Source of the DNA: Candidatus Latescibacterota bacterium
GTDB taxonomy: Bacteria > Latescibacterota > UBA2968 > GCA-2709665
DNA: 64,000 nt
Assembly: GCA_965248435.1 (NCBI GenBank)
Contig: OZ252100.1
Location: 224,001 to 288,000, forward strand
Direction: 5' to 3'
The translations under genes were made by a program, and so were the position numbers. Shown here one piece after another: positions 39,016 to 49,999 of this stretch; position 1 is the stretch's first letter; each line of letters begins with the position of its first letter. Below the pieces are notes generated by a model that saw only the letters and a list, made by a program, of their open reading frames with translations, was not told where the DNA came from and did not search any database.

Positions 39016-39861
39016 CTAGTCAGCTGGGGTCTGGAGCAACGGCCGAAGGCTTTGTGGACCCAGGTCCAGTTTCATGTGTGCCGAGACATCGACGGAGACG
39101 AGCCAGACCTCCGGAAGCTGGCGGGAGGCATAAACTTGATAGTGAGCAGCCGGTACTCGCTGGAATCGGTAATATCCATTTGAGTCGACTTGGGCCTTCC
39201 GAATGATGCGACTCTGGAGTTTCTCCCCGATAATCTGAGCGTGCGCCTCTTTCAGACGGGAATTCCGCGAAGACTGGGAATCGCCAAGTCCCTTTACATG
39301 CTCGCGGTTATCAGATATCTGCCGTTCTACTCTGGTCAATCGAGCGCGTGAACGATTCACCCGCTTTTCGAGTGGTATCAATCGGCTACGGATGAAATCC
39401 CGGATCTGTCCCTTGGTCTCCAGTGAAAAGACCTTTCCGCCGTATTGTCTGTCCGTAATCTCCTCGAGTAACCTCTTTGAATCGATGTTCACATCCTCTT
39501 CGGAGAAAACCGGGTTACCCCCGAAGGATTTGAACCGTTTCATATCATCAAACGCGGATCGATAGCGACGCCAATCAGGCTCGTAGTTGGCTCGGACTTT
39601 GGCCAGCGAGGATTGAAGAGATTTCAGGTCTGCGTCTAAAGAATCTTGTCTGCTCTGGGTGTTGAACCCCAGATCTTCCAACTCCCGTCCGTAGTCGTCC
39701 TGGAGTGAGCGGACAAGCTCGAGGGCTCCATCGTCCAGCAGGTTCACTTCTGGAATTTCTCCGGAGACCTGTCCTTCAAGCCTATATGCCGGCTGGCCGC
39801 ACCCAATCGCAAAGAGAGGCGGAAAGCACACGCAGACGACCTGGGTAAGTGATTGCTTCAA
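39016..39861 (-). CDS. Hypothetical lipoprotein with coiled coil
   Basis: LFAIGC lipobox; long ORF. Confidence 0.65.
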   Translation of the reverse strand: MKQSLTQVVCVCFPPLFAIGCGQPAYRLEGQVSGEIPEVNLLDDGALELVRSLQDDYGRELEDLGFNTQSRQDSLDADLKSLQSSLAKVRANYEPDWRRYRSAFDDMKRFKSFGGNPVFSEEDVNIDSKRLLEEITDRQYGGKVFSLETKGQIRDFIRSRLIPLEKRVNRSRARLTRVERQISDNREHVKGLGDSQSSRNSRLKEAHAQIIGEKLQSRIIRKAQVDSNGYYRFQRVPAAHYQVYASRQLPEVWLVSVDVSAHMKLDLGPQSLRPLLQTPAD

Positions 39862-39901
39862 GACATCTATGGGGGTAGCTAATGAATTGACCAGGAGGGA
39901 G

Positions 39902-40219
39902 TTACGAGGACTCGCTTGGGCGGTTCATGATGATTCTACCTTTACGGGCCATCTCCTTCTTCACCTTTTCTATCTCCGTCTTGAGCTCATTTTTCATCGC
40001 CTCCAGCGTCTTGATTTCTTCACCAATCGTTTCGGCTTGACCAGCTGCATCTTTCTTGGCCTGGGTATGACCATCCAATTGGGAATCGTGCTGGTCCCTC
40101 TCGGCCTCGGCCTGTTCGGTCTTGGATCTCCAAACGGGGACCTCTCTAAAGTAGTCTGCCAGAATCTTGAACAGAAATGCCAGGCACCCGACGGCCAAAC
40201 CTAAGAATAAGAATTCCAT
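39902..40219 (-). CDS. Hypothetical membrane-anchored coiled-coil protein
   Basis: N-term TM helix followed by charged heptads. Confidence 0.65.
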   Translation of the reverse strand: MEFLFLGLAVGCLAFLFKILADYFREVPVWRSKTEQAEAERDQHDSQLDGHTQAKKDAAGQAETIGEEIKTLEAMKNELKTEIEKVKKEMARKGRIIMNRPSESS

Positions 40220-40306
40220 TATCTTACACCCTTACTTTTGCGTCTTTGAATTACTGTCTCTAATAATATAGAGAATCAATCACACATACGCAAAACATTT
40301 TCTGGT

Positions 40307-41755
40307 CTAAATCGCCTTCCGATAGCGCGCAGGATTGATCCTGAGCTGATCCCGATACTTTGCCACAGTCCTGCGAGCGATGTCGATGCCTTCTTTCCGC
40401 AGTATATCGGCTATTCGCTGATCGCTCAACGGATTCTGGGTGTCTTCATCCTGGATCATCTTCGCGATTTTGTCCTTGACGGTCTTCGCTGATATGTCCA
40501 GTCCGTTCTCCCGACTCAGGCCTCCGTCGAAAAAGTACTTCAGCTCGAAAACGCCGTGAGGGGTCTGGACATACTTTCCATTGCTGACCCTGCTGATCGT
40601 GGACACGTGCATACTTACTTTATCGGCAACCTCTTGTAGAACCATAGGCTTGAGATGGCCCGGGCCGCGGTCGAAGAACGGCATCTGGTTATCTACGATA
40701 CACCGCATCACTCTGAGCATGGTTGTGCGCCGCTGGTGAATTGCGCTAATGAACCATCGAGCTGAATTGAGCCGATCAACCACAAAACGCTTCGCCTCCT
40801 TGCCCGCTTTTGCGGATTGGCTGAGCAGCGTCCGATAAATTGGACTCACCCGCAGTGAAGGGACATTGCGGTCTGTCAACGTGACGACGTACTCGATACC
40901 GACCTTTTGCACCTCCAGGTCGGGCACAACAAGATTGTGATTCACTCTTGGTTCCGGCGTGAAGCCAGGTTTAGGATTCAGACTTGAAATCATCTCAAGG
41001 GCTTCACTGATCTCTGCCTTTTGAAATCCCTCTGCCCGACAAATCTTGCTGTATCGCCGATTGATCAGGTCGTCGAGGTATTCGCGCACAATAACCATCG
41101 CGGGAGAATCCTCGTGACCCTGATCCCTGAGTTGAATCATCAGACATTCCCGGAGATCCCGAGCGCCCACCCCCGGTGGATCGAAAGTCTGGATGATTTG
41201 CAGGACCCGCTCGACTTCCTCAGGCTCAGTTCCGAGAACATTCGAAATCTCCTCAACCAGCGCCCGTAGAAAGCCGTCCTCGTCAATGTTTCCGATTATG
41301 TATTCGCCAATGGCTCGGTCGGCCTCGGAAAGATTTGTTAACAACAACTGCTCTTTCAATGTCTCTTCCAATGAAGTCTGATTCGCTCCGTTATTCTCCC
41401 ACTCTTCAATGTTTGGGTCGTGTTCTTCGCGCGGGCTGCTATACCCAGAATCATTCAGATAATCGTTCCAGTCGTCTTCATCGAATTCATCCTTATCGAG
41501 ATCTGTATCCTCGAACTCGAGCTCCTCGAGGTCTTCCTCTGATTCCTCATTCTCCTCCGCTTCCTCGGCGGGATCTTCTTCGGTCTCGGTTTCATCCTCA
41601 AGTCGCTCCTCTAACTCAAGGAGCGGATTGATTTGGAGCTCCTGCTGGATCAGCTGTTCAAGCTCCAGCGTGGGCATTTGAAGCAGCCGCAGGGACTGAA
41701 TAAGCTGCGGCGCCATCTTCTGCTGTAGGGATGTCGTTTGTGTTAGACGAATCAT
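40307..41755 (-). CDS. rpoN: RNA polymerase sigma-54 factor
   Basis: PQLIQSLRLLQMP, DPPGVGARDLRECL, RpoN box ARRTVAKYR. Confidence 0.98.
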   Translation of the reverse strand: MIRLTQTTSLQQKMAPQLIQSLRLLQMPTLELEQLIQQELQINPLLELEERLEDETETEEDPAEEAEENEESEEDLEELEFEDTDLDKDEFDEDDWNDYLNDSGYSSPREEHDPNIEEWENNGANQTSLEETLKEQLLLTNLSEADRAIGEYIIGNIDEDGFLRALVEEISNVLGTEPEEVERVLQIIQTFDPPGVGARDLRECLMIQLRDQGHEDSPAMVIVREYLDDLINRRYSKICRAEGFQKAEISEALEMISSLNPKPGFTPEPRVNHNLVVPDLEVQKVGIEYVVTLTDRNVPSLRVSPIYRTLLSQSAKAGKEAKRFVVDRLNSARWFISAIHQRRTTMLRVMRCIVDNQMPFFDRGPGHLKPMVLQEVADKVSMHVSTISRVSNGKYVQTPHGVFELKYFFDGGLSRENGLDISAKTVKDKIAKMIQDEDTQNPLSDQRIADILRKEGIDIARRTVAKYRDQLRINPARYRKAI

Positions 41756-41881
41756 GGGTGCCTAAAACTTGGCGAGTGGTAGATTCAAAAACCGTACCAA
41801 TGGCATGGCTTAGTCAAAAAATAACGAAATTGATCGACCTTAGACAACCCCTTTCTCGCATCATAGGGGAAGGCGCCCGGC

Positions 41882-42631
41882 TCAATCCAGACGGAATCGG
41901 TCCCCCAGGTAATTACTTCTCACCTCCTCATTATCCGCAAGGTCGCGAGGCGTCCCTGAGGTGAGGATTCTTCCTTCTAGCAGGATGTAAGATCGATCCG
42001 TAATCGCAAGCGTCTCCCGGACGTTGTGGTCGGTGACCAAGAGGCCGATATTTCGTGTCTTGAGGTTTGAGACGATCGCCTGAATGTCTTGAACTGCCTT
42101 GGGGTCGATTCCTGCGAACGGTTCGTCCAAGAGCATAAATTTTGGTTCGCGGGCCAACGCACGAGTGATCTCAAGCCTTCGAGCCTCCCCACCCGATAGA
42201 CTGTCCGCGCGCCGTTTCGCGAGACCCGTGAGTCCCAATTCACCCAGGAGTTCTCCCGCTCGTTCTTCTCTTTCTGCACGACTTAGATCCAGGGTTTCAA
42301 GCACGGCCATCACGTTGTCCTGAACGCTCAATCTTCGGAAGACGGAGCGTTCCTGTGCTAGATATCCAATGCCTAGACGCGCGCGGAGATACATCGGCAA
42401 AGTAGTAATCTCCGAATCGCCCAGGAGAATGCGGCCTTGCTGCGGGGAAATGAGTCCGACAATCGTGTGGAACGTGGTGGTCTTGCCCGCACCATTGGGT
42501 CCAAGCAGCCCCACGACTTCCCCTTCACCCACCTCCAGACTGACGTGATCCACCACTCGCTTCTTCCCATACTCTTTGACGATCTTTTCAGTTCTCAGCG
42601 TCACCGCTTCCCTCTTGCCGTTTAGGTGCAT
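41882..42631 (-). CDS. lptB: LPS export ABC transporter ATPase
   Basis: GPNGAGKTT, LSGGE, LLDEPFAGIDP, TDHNVRETL; next to rpoN. Confidence 0.96.
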   Translation of the reverse strand: MHLNGKREAVTLRTEKIVKEYGKKRVVDHVSLEVGEGEVVGLLGPNGAGKTTTFHTIVGLISPQQGRILLGDSEITTLPMYLRARLGIGYLAQERSVFRRLSVQDNVMAVLETLDLSRAEREERAGELLGELGLTGLAKRRADSLSGGEARRLEITRALAREPKFMLLDEPFAGIDPKAVQDIQAIVSNLKTRNIGLLVTDHNVRETLAITDRSYILLEGRILTSGTPRDLADNEEVRSNYLGDRFRLD

Positions 42632-43898
42632 AGCTTCCGTGGACGCCCCCTGTTCCTACGGCCTTTTGAAAGTGGCCTTCAACGAAGTCCAGCTCGATTC
42701 GATCACCGCTCAGAACGACGGTCTCCTGTTCGTTTCCGCTCGGAACGTGCTGGCAGGAGGCCTGTTCTTGGACGACCACACGCTGAACGTGGCCCCCTGC
42801 AAACCGGATCGAGAGAGTTCCCCCCGAGAGATGACTTTCAGCAGTTTGGCCAGGAGGGACATAAGAGACCGATCCCCCCCCTTTCAAAGTCAGGCTGTCG
42901 ACCGTTTCTTCTTTGAATACCAGGCTGATCTCCTGGCCGCTTAGATCTGCCTTTCCCCCACCTTTTAAATCGAAAATCCCGTCCACTCCCTCCCGGGCAT
43001 GAATTTCCATTATTCGAACTCCGTCCAGCCTGACTTCGGACTGTCCTGCGCGGATCGATTTCCGTTCTACGCAGCCGTCCAGGCGGTGTTCGGTAGAAAT
43101 TTCGGTCGAATTCCGTAGGTTGATTTCCCTGATTGCTCCAGAATCAAAACGAACAGACATCACATCGGCTCGCATCTCCACCGACTGCTGTTTCTGGAGC
43201 CAGTCAGCCCTGGCAGATCCCTCCAGACGCAATTCGTCTTCTTCCTGTGAGAACTGTCCAGACACTGCGCTTCCGGAGATATCCGCCTGTCTGAAGGTTA
43301 CGTCACCCGAGAAACGGACCCGTGCACCGCGTTCGGAGAATGCCAGTGAATCGGCATGAACCTTCAATTTGTCACGAGATTCGTCTGCCTGCCGGACCAA
43401 GGCGGCGTGACCGAAGGCCAGGCCAGAGTCGTTTCGCGCATCGTATGTCAGATTCTCAGCCTCCACAGAGAGCCCTTGATCTGTGTAGCGCAGCACGACT
43501 CCCCCACCTGCGCTCAGATGATTCTCATCGAGGCGATAAACCACCTGTTGCGCCATCAAGGCGCCATCCGCATCGCGTGCCACCACGCTGCCTTGAAAGC
43601 GTGCAATCCGGCGCCTGCGGTGGAAGACGAGCGTTTGCGCCTTGATGCTCCTTCGAGAATCCCTTAGAGATATTCCCCCTATGAAACGAACCCGATCTTC
43701 TCCCTCTCGAACACGCGCGGAATCCGCTCCAATGTTGACTTCGCCAAACTCAACGGCGACTCCACCAACATAGATTCTGAGGACGCCTTCCTGTTCCCTG
43801 ATCGTCTGGCTCCGGTCTGCACGAACGGCCTGTTCTGCGTGCAAGATCACAGGACATGCGACGAGGATCAGTGCAAGGTGGAGCTCGAAACGGCTCAT
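42588..43898 (-). CDS. LptA/OstA-like beta-jellyroll protein
   Basis: Signal peptide, repeated OstA-type strands, lies between lptC and lptB. Confidence 0.75.
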   Translation of the reverse strand: MSRFELHLALILVACPVILHAEQAVRADRSQTIREQEGVLRIYVGGVAVEFGEVNIGADSARVREGEDRVRFIGGISLRDSRRSIKAQTLVFHRRRRIARFQGSVVARDADGALMAQQVVYRLDENHLSAGGGVVLRYTDQGLSVEAENLTYDARNDSGLAFGHAALVRQADESRDKLKVHADSLAFSERGARVRFSGDVTFRQADISGSAVSGQFSQEEDELRLEGSARADWLQKQQSVEMRADVMSVRFDSGAIREINLRNSTEISTEHRLDGCVERKSIRAGQSEVRLDGVRIMEIHAREGVDGIFDLKGGGKADLSGQEISLVFKEETVDSLTLKGGGSVSYVPPGQTAESHLSGGTLSIRFAGGHVQRVVVQEQASCQHVPSGNEQETVVLSGDRIELDFVEGHFQKAVGTGGVHGSYAPKRQEGSGDAEN

Positions 43899-43932
43899 TT
43901 TTCGGAAAGCACGGGGGTTAGGTGAGACTCGG

Positions 43933-44478
43933 CTAGCGGTGGAGGCTATCGATCCGGCCGAAGCGGGTAACCACGCGTCTCAGCGTCCAGCGTTTCAGGT
44001 CTGAAGCGGCCTCAAACCCTATTCCTGACTCGACCCCGTCGGGACGACGAATTACGACCTCTCCAGGTCCCACAATCTGTCTGTTTTTTCGACTCCAACT
44101 GAGGGTATCGGTCGCGAGCTGGGTACTGTCTTCTGAAACCAGTAAGACGTCACCAAAGACCACCATGTTCCCCGTCGTCTCATCGATTTCGGCCTTCTGT
44201 GCGGTGAGCTTGGATACGGGTTTGATCCCGAAGGCGTCGTAGAAGACGACTGAAATCCCTCCGTCGAGGGTCGCCTTTCGAGAACTGATGAATTTTTGGA
44301 AATGTTCCGCTGAGATGACGGCTCGCTTTCGACCTTCTTCTGTGAGGACTGTGGTCCACCCCCAGGCCTCCTGGTCCGGTTCTAGACGCTCCGACGGAAG
44401 GCGCCCCGGCGGTTCCACAGTCTCACTACATCCGAGACAGATAGTGCTTAAGATCAGTGTTAATGCCCAGGAGGTCAC
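43933..44478 (-). CDS. lptC: LPS export protein LptC (start approximate)
   Basis: LGC lipobox-like, PDQE, LTAQKA, LATDTLSW, GIGFEA; synteny. Confidence 0.8.
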   Translation of the reverse strand: MTSWALTLILSTICLGCSETVEPPGRLPSERLEPDQEAWGWTTVLTEEGRKRAVISAEHFQKFISSRKATLDGGISVVFYDAFGIKPVSKLTAQKAEIDETTGNMVVFGDVLLVSEDSTQLATDTLSWSRKNRQIVGPGEVVIRRPDGVESGIGFEAASDLKRWTLRRVVTRFGRIDSLHR

Positions 44479-44512
44479 GCAGTAGCGAGCCTTGGCTCCC
44501 CCGGTTGACCCA

Positions 44513-46330
44513 TCAAGACCCAACTCCAACCCCAATGACTTCGTTTGATAGGGGATTATCGATGCTCTTGCGTAAATGCGAGAGGGCTGAATCAACGAAC
44601 CCGAAGAAGAGGGGGGCAGGTTGTTCAAGGTGGGACTTGAACTCGGGGTGGGCCTGTGTGGCGAGGAAAAAGGGATGATTCGGCAATTCGATAAATTCCA
44701 TGAGTTTGGTTCCGTCTTCACGCCTGTGAAATCCGGAGAAGACCAGTCCGTGCTCCTCTAAGAGATCAGAAAACTTCGGGGAAACTTCGTATCTGTGACG
44801 GTGCCGCTCTATGATTGCGCGCTCACTGTCCAGTATCACACCCAGGCGAAAAGCGTCCTCCGGTCTCTGCTTGAGCTGCTCGATGCGCCAGGTGTCTTCC
44901 TCCAGGCGTCCGTTACGTTCGTAGAGATCCAACACGAGGCTGTTTCGTTTGAGGATTGCGGCATACCCACCGAGCCGCATCGTACCGCCATAGCGGCTCT
45001 CCTTGATGACGGCACGCTGGCTGCGTTGAATGTCTATGACCGGACTCGGAGAATCAGGATCGTTTTCAGTTGAGTTGGCCCGTGGGAGCCCGGCTACGTG
45101 TCTTGCATACTCGACCACTGCCATCTGAAGGCCGTAGCAGAGACCAAGAAAGGGAATTCCATTTTCCCGGGCGAATTGAATTGCTTTGACTACTCCTTCT
45201 GAGCCGCCTTCCCCGAACGCACCCGGCACGATGATCCCGTCAAACTCGCCGAGCACGACTTCTACATCTCCATCCTTGAGACGCCTGGAATCGATCCAGG
45301 TAATCTTAACGTTTGTAGAAAGCGACGCGCCCGCGTGCTCGAGTGCCTGATTTACCGAGATGTAAGAGTCGGTTAACTCGTAATCCCCAATCTCAATATA
45401 TTTCCCCACCATGGCTATCTGAACCGTGTGGGAGGGGTTGCGTATCGATTCCACAAGTTTTTTCCAGTTTTCCCAGTCTGGCTCCTCTTTAGGTTCCAGT
45501 TTGAGCAACTCGAGGAGTTTCGACCCCAACTTTTCCTTCTCAAAATCGAGAGGTACTTGATAGAGCGTATCGGCATCCGGGGAGGAGATGATTCGGTCTG
45601 AGGAGATGTTCGCCGAGATTTCAATTTTCCCCTTTCGAACATCATCCAGCGGTCTGACGGCCCTGCAAATCAGAAAATCGGGGAAAATTCCGTGCTCGGT
45701 GAGCAGCCGGATGGAATGCTGAGTCGGTTTCGTCTTCATCTCTTTGATGTGTCCGGGCACCGGAAGATATGTGACCAAAACGTAGACGATGTTGTCCTCT
45801 CCAAGCTCACGCTCAAGCCCCTTCATTGCAAACAGAAAGGGCATGTTTTCGTAATCTCCGATCGTACCGCCAATCTCTACAATAGCGATGTCAAATCCTT
45901 CAGCTGCCTGCCTGACGCGTCTTTGGATCTCGCTCGTAACGTGAGGGATCGGTTCTACGGTTTTCCCCAGATACTCGCCCTTTCTCTCCCGTTCGATGAC
46001 GGCGTGATAGATTTGACCTGTCGTCAGGTTGTTTCGCTTGGGTAGTTCAATGCGCAGAAAGCGTTCATAGTTGCCAAGGTCCTGGTCAATTTCACCCCCA
46101 TCGTCGGTGACCCATACTTCACCGTGTTCAGTAGGACGGAGCGTGCCGGCATCGTAATTCAGATAGGGGTCGATTTTGATCGCAGTCGATTTATAGCCAT
46201 ACTGCTGAAGGATTTTACCTATAGACGCGGTGGAAAGCCCTTTACCTACACCGCTAATTACTCCTCCAGCAACGACGATAAACTTCGTCCCCCGGTAATC
46301 CCGATTCACGAGTTTTCCTCCAGATGGCAC
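44513..46330 (-). CDS. pyrG: CTP synthase
   Basis: GGVISGVGKG, KIDPYLNYDAGT, KTKPTQHS, GLCYGLQ, HPEF. Confidence 0.97.
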   Translation of the reverse strand: MPSGGKLVNRDYRGTKFIVVAGGVISGVGKGLSTASIGKILQQYGYKSTAIKIDPYLNYDAGTLRPTEHGEVWVTDDGGEIDQDLGNYERFLRIELPKRNNLTTGQIYHAVIERERKGEYLGKTVEPIPHVTSEIQRRVRQAAEGFDIAIVEIGGTIGDYENMPFLFAMKGLERELGEDNIVYVLVTYLPVPGHIKEMKTKPTQHSIRLLTEHGIFPDFLICRAVRPLDDVRKGKIEISANISSDRIISSPDADTLYQVPLDFEKEKLGSKLLELLKLEPKEEPDWENWKKLVESIRNPSHTVQIAMVGKYIEIGDYELTDSYISVNQALEHAGASLSTNVKITWIDSRRLKDGDVEVVLGEFDGIIVPGAFGEGGSEGVVKAIQFARENGIPFLGLCYGLQMAVVEYARHVAGLPRANSTENDPDSPSPVIDIQRSQRAVIKESRYGGTMRLGGYAAILKRNSLVLDLYERNGRLEEDTWRIEQLKQRPEDAFRLGVILDSERAIIERHRHRYEVSPKFSDLLEEHGLVFSGFHRREDGTKLMEFIELPNHPFFLATQAHPEFKSHLEQPAPLFFGFVDSALSHLRKSIDNPLSNEVIGVGVGS

Positions 46331-46391
46331 AGAAGAATGTGATTAAAACGAAACCGGCGGCGAACCTTTTCGAGATCACCGCCAGGACTGT

Positions 46392-46679
46392 CTACTCGAT
46401 CACTTTGGGGACCCGAAAATGCCCCATCGCTACACTTGGCGCATTTGAAAGCGCCTCCTCTTGTGTTAGCGAGGGGCGCGGAAGATCCTCTCTGAAGACG
46501 TTCGAGAGGGGGAGGACGTGAGCGGTGGGAACAACATTCGTCGTATCCAGTTTGTCGAGCAAGGCTACGTAGCCGAGTATGCGATTCAAATCCTCAATCA
46601 GGCGCTGCTCATCTTCAGGCGTGAAGGTCAATCGAGACAGCTGACTCACCTTCCGAACGTCTTCCAGGGTAACAGACAT
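46392..46679 (-). CDS. gatC: Asp/Glu-tRNA amidotransferase subunit C
   Basis: VRKVSQLSRL, NVFRED, NAP..FRVPKVIE. Confidence 0.93.
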   Translation of the reverse strand: MSVTLEDVRKVSQLSRLTFTPEDEQRLIEDLNRILGYVALLDKLDTTNVVPTAHVLPLSNVFREDLPRPSLTQEEALSNAPSVAMGHFRVPKVIE

Positions 46680-46765
46680 CGGTCTCGGACTCGAAGAATA
46701 TCGTGGTTTTTGGCTGAACTCTAGGCTAATATGAGCTAATTACCTCGTGAAATCAAGGGGGAATT

Positions 46766-48916
46766 CTAGCTCTCCTCCAGCCGGGCGAATTTTGCGACAA
46801 TCTTCTTGGTAACGCCGCCCTTAAACCTGATCGTCAACTTGGCCGCATCTCCGTGTCCGGTTCGAGATTCGATCTGTCCACGCCCGAACATTGGATGGAC
46901 AACCCAGGTCCCAATGTCATTCCCATCAGGGCCGACCTCTACATCGGGAAAGATCGTGCGCTCAAGGGCTTCCGAATATCCTGAAGGCTTGGAGATGGAT
47001 TCAATGAGGTGCTCGGGGATCTCTTTGAGGAATCGGGACTCCACCCTACCCATCATCCCGCCATAGATTCTCCTTTGAAACGCGTGGGTCAAGATCAACC
47101 TCTCCTTTGCACGCGTGATGCCAACATAAAACAGCCGCCGTTCCTCTTCGGCTGAATCCAACCCGGACTCCTCGTCCTTGATGATCGGAAGCAATCCTTC
47201 TTCCAATCCGCTGACAACCACGACCGGAAATTCCAATCCCTTGGCACAGTGCAGGGTCATCAATGTAACGGCATCACTGGCATCGGACCACTCGTCAACG
47301 TCGGTCAAGAGAGAGACTTCCCTCAGGTAGGCCTCGAGAGAAGGGTCGTCCGTCCTTTCAACAAAATCCTCCAGGGCGGCCAGAAGCTCACGCAGGTTTT
47401 GTGTTTTGGACTCCGCCTCGACCGAACCCAGCTCCGATAGCGCCTCAAGGTAGCCTGTTTGGCTCAATATCTGTGCGGCGAGTTGGTCTGCTGGCAGGAC
47501 ATTCATTTCCTCTCGAAGGCCTTCTATCATTTTCCAGAATGCCACCATTTTTTTCCGAAGCCGGTCCGGGATCTCGCTGATTTCTTCAAGACGAGCAAGC
47601 GCATGGTAGGGCGAGATCCCTTCTCTTCCCGCAAAACTCTCGAGCCGGGCAAGAGAGGTCGCACCAATCCCCCTCCTCGGCGTGTTGATCACGCGCATCA
47701 GACTGATCGAATCGAACGGATTCGCAATCAGGCGCAGGTAGCCTAATACATCCTTCACTTCCTTGCGTTCGTAGAAGCGGACACCCCCTATGATTAAATA
47801 CGGTACTGTTTCCTGACGCAAGCCTTCTTCGAGTGCACGGGACTGCGCGTTCGTCCTATAAAGCACTGCAATGTCTTTGAAGCCATATCCCCCATTCGCC
47901 TTTAGATCTGCAAGCGTTGCCGAGATCCACGCAGCCTCCTCTCTCTCGTCCAAGCAGCGTCTCAGTCGAATTCTCTCCCCTCCAGGACGATCCGTCCAGA
48001 GGTTTTTGCCTTTTCTGCCCAAATTGTTACCGATAACTGCGTTTCCCGCATCCAGAATGATATGAGTCGAGCGGTAGTTTTGCTCGAGCCTGACCACGGC
48101 CGCGTCCGGATAGTCCTCTTCAAACTCAAGTATGTTTCTGATGTCGGCGCCCCGCCAGGCGTAGATGCTTTGATCGTCATCCCCCACGACGCAGACATTC
48201 TTGTGCTTCTGCGATAACAGGTTGATCAGGAGATACTGAGGCCTGTTGGTATCCTGGTATTCGTCGATCAGACAATACTGGAACCGCTGGTGATAACGCT
48301 CCAGGATATCGGAATCGTCACGGAGCAGATTGACTGAAATCGTCAGCAAATCGTCGAAGTCCAGGGCATTATTTTGGAGCAGCGCTGTCTGATACTGGCG
48401 ATAGATTCGTGCAATTTGTTGTTCGTAGTACCCCCCCGCTTGTCGCGCAAACGCATCCGGATTCACCATCTTGTTCTTTTCCTGGCTGATGCGACCTCGT
48501 ATCTGTTTTGGGGGATATTGTTTGTCAGAGAGTTCCTGATCTCGGATGACATGCCTGAGCAGGGCGAGCTGGTCGTCTGAATCGTAAATGGCGAAGTTGG
48601 ATTTATACCCGAAAAATGGCGCTTCCGTACGAAGCATCCGTGCGCAGATTGAATGAAAGGTACCGATCCACATCCCACGGCTGGACCTGTTCAACAATGA
48701 CTCTACCCGTTTTCGCATTTCATCTGCAGCTTTGTTCGTGAAGGTCATCGCGATGATTTGAGCCGGGGGAACACCGAGCTCTCCGATGAGATATGCGATC
48801 CTGTGTGTCAACACGCGGGTTTTGCCCGAGCCCGCACCTGCCAATACCAGAAGCGGTCCGTCAACCGAACGGACCGCCCTTAACTGTTGCTCGTTAAGTT
48901 CTTTCAGCATAGACAT
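46766..48916 (-). CDS. pcrA: ATP-dependent DNA helicase PcrA/UvrD
   Basis: AGAGSGKT, DEYQDTN, LEQNYRST, AKGLEF, EERRLFYVGITRA. Confidence 0.95.
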   Translation of the reverse strand: MSMLKELNEQQLRAVRSVDGPLLVLAGAGSGKTRVLTHRIAYLIGELGVPPAQIIAMTFTNKAADEMRKRVESLLNRSSRGMWIGTFHSICARMLRTEAPFFGYKSNFAIYDSDDQLALLRHVIRDQELSDKQYPPKQIRGRISQEKNKMVNPDAFARQAGGYYEQQIARIYRQYQTALLQNNALDFDDLLTISVNLLRDDSDILERYHQRFQYCLIDEYQDTNRPQYLLINLLSQKHKNVCVVGDDDQSIYAWRGADIRNILEFEEDYPDAAVVRLEQNYRSTHIILDAGNAVIGNNLGRKGKNLWTDRPGGERIRLRRCLDEREEAAWISATLADLKANGGYGFKDIAVLYRTNAQSRALEEGLRQETVPYLIIGGVRFYERKEVKDVLGYLRLIANPFDSISLMRVINTPRRGIGATSLARLESFAGREGISPYHALARLEEISEIPDRLRKKMVAFWKMIEGLREEMNVLPADQLAAQILSQTGYLEALSELGSVEAESKTQNLRELLAALEDFVERTDDPSLEAYLREVSLLTDVDEWSDASDAVTLMTLHCAKGLEFPVVVVSGLEEGLLPIIKDEESGLDSAEEERRLFYVGITRAKERLILTHAFQRRIYGGMMGRVESRFLKEIPEHLIESISKPSGYSEALERTIFPDVEVGPDGNDIGTWVVHPMFGRGQIESRTGHGDAAKLTIRFKGGVTKKIVAKFARLEES

Positions 48917-48934
48917 TCGCTACCAGATCAGAGA

Positions 48935-49999
48935 TTACCTCGCTGCGGATCGCCCCCAACTCCGCCTCCTCGCCAACCGGGTCTGACGTTTCGCGCGTTC
49001 GTGTTCCTTCGCCGTTCGGGAGAAAACGTGAGAGCCGTCTCCGCGGGCCACGAAATAGAGATACGCCACGTCGGCTGGATAGAGGGCCGAATCGAGGGAG
49101 GCCTCGCCAGGGCTCAAGATTGGGCCTGGGGGCAACCCCCGATGTCGATAGGTATTGTAAGGTGAATCCACGTGATAGTCTCTGTAGAACAGGCGACGAG
49201 GTCCGTCGGAGATTGCATACTGTACCGTGGGATCTGCTTGCAAACGCATGTTGCGTTTCAGGCGGTTGTGGTAAACAGCGGCAATCATCGGGCGTTCGTC
49301 GTTCAATTGAGCCTCTCCTTCGACAATTGAGGCTAAGGACACGGCTTCGTGAACGGTCAAACCCAATTCTCGAGCTCGGTCAATCATATTCGAGTCGAAA
49401 ATCTTGAAGAAATGCTTGACCATCATATCGACGACATCCTCTTCCTCCATCGCGACCGAGAACCTGTAGGTCTCAGGAAAGAGATAGCCTTCAAGGGTCC
49501 CGGCATCCACGCCCAATTTTCTACAGAACTTGGGGTCTGAAGTAATTTGGAACAGTTTCTGGAGATCGAGGTCGAGTGCATCTGCCAGGACCTTTACCGT
49601 TGACTCCCGCCTCAACCCCTCCTTGATGGTGACTTCAATCATCACATCTTCAGGACGCTCCAATTCCTCCAATACCCGCCAGGTGCTCATTCCCCCGTGG
49701 AAGGAATGGAGTCCGGCCTTAATACGTCGACTGGTTCCCTTGATAGAGGCGAAGCCCATCAGCAGATTCGGGCTCCGAATAACCCCTTCCTGGTAAAGCA
49801 TTTGCGAAATTTGCGAGACGAGCATCCCCTTTTTGATCTTGACATCGGCACGGGCTATTCCCGTTGGACGGTTCAGGCTATATATTGACGCTGTAACACC
49901 AATGGCCGCTCCCAATAGCGCGACCACGATGATGACGGTAGCGCGACGAAGCGTAAGTCCGTTCCACGGTTTGAAGTCCTGGAGGTTCATGAAGTTCAT
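48935..49999 (-). CDS. mltG: Endolytic transglycosylase
   Basis: LEGYLFPETY, LASIVEGE, LQADPT, SPYNTY..GLPPGPI. Confidence 0.95.
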   Translation of the reverse strand: MNFMNLQDFKPWNGLTLRRATVIIVVALLGAAIGVTASIYSLNRPTGIARADVKIKKGMLVSQISQMLYQEGVIRSPNLLMGFASIKGTSRRIKAGLHSFHGGMSTWRVLEELERPEDVMIEVTIKEGLRRESTVKVLADALDLDLQKLFQITSDPKFCRKLGVDAGTLEGYLFPETYRFSVAMEEEDVVDMMVKHFFKIFDSNMIDRARELGLTVHEAVSLASIVEGEAQLNDERPMIAAVYHNRLKRNMRLQADPTVQYAISDGPRRLFYRDYHVDSPYNTYRHRGLPPGPILSPGEASLDSALYPADVAYLYFVARGDGSHVFSRTAKEHERAKRQTRLARRRSWGRSAAR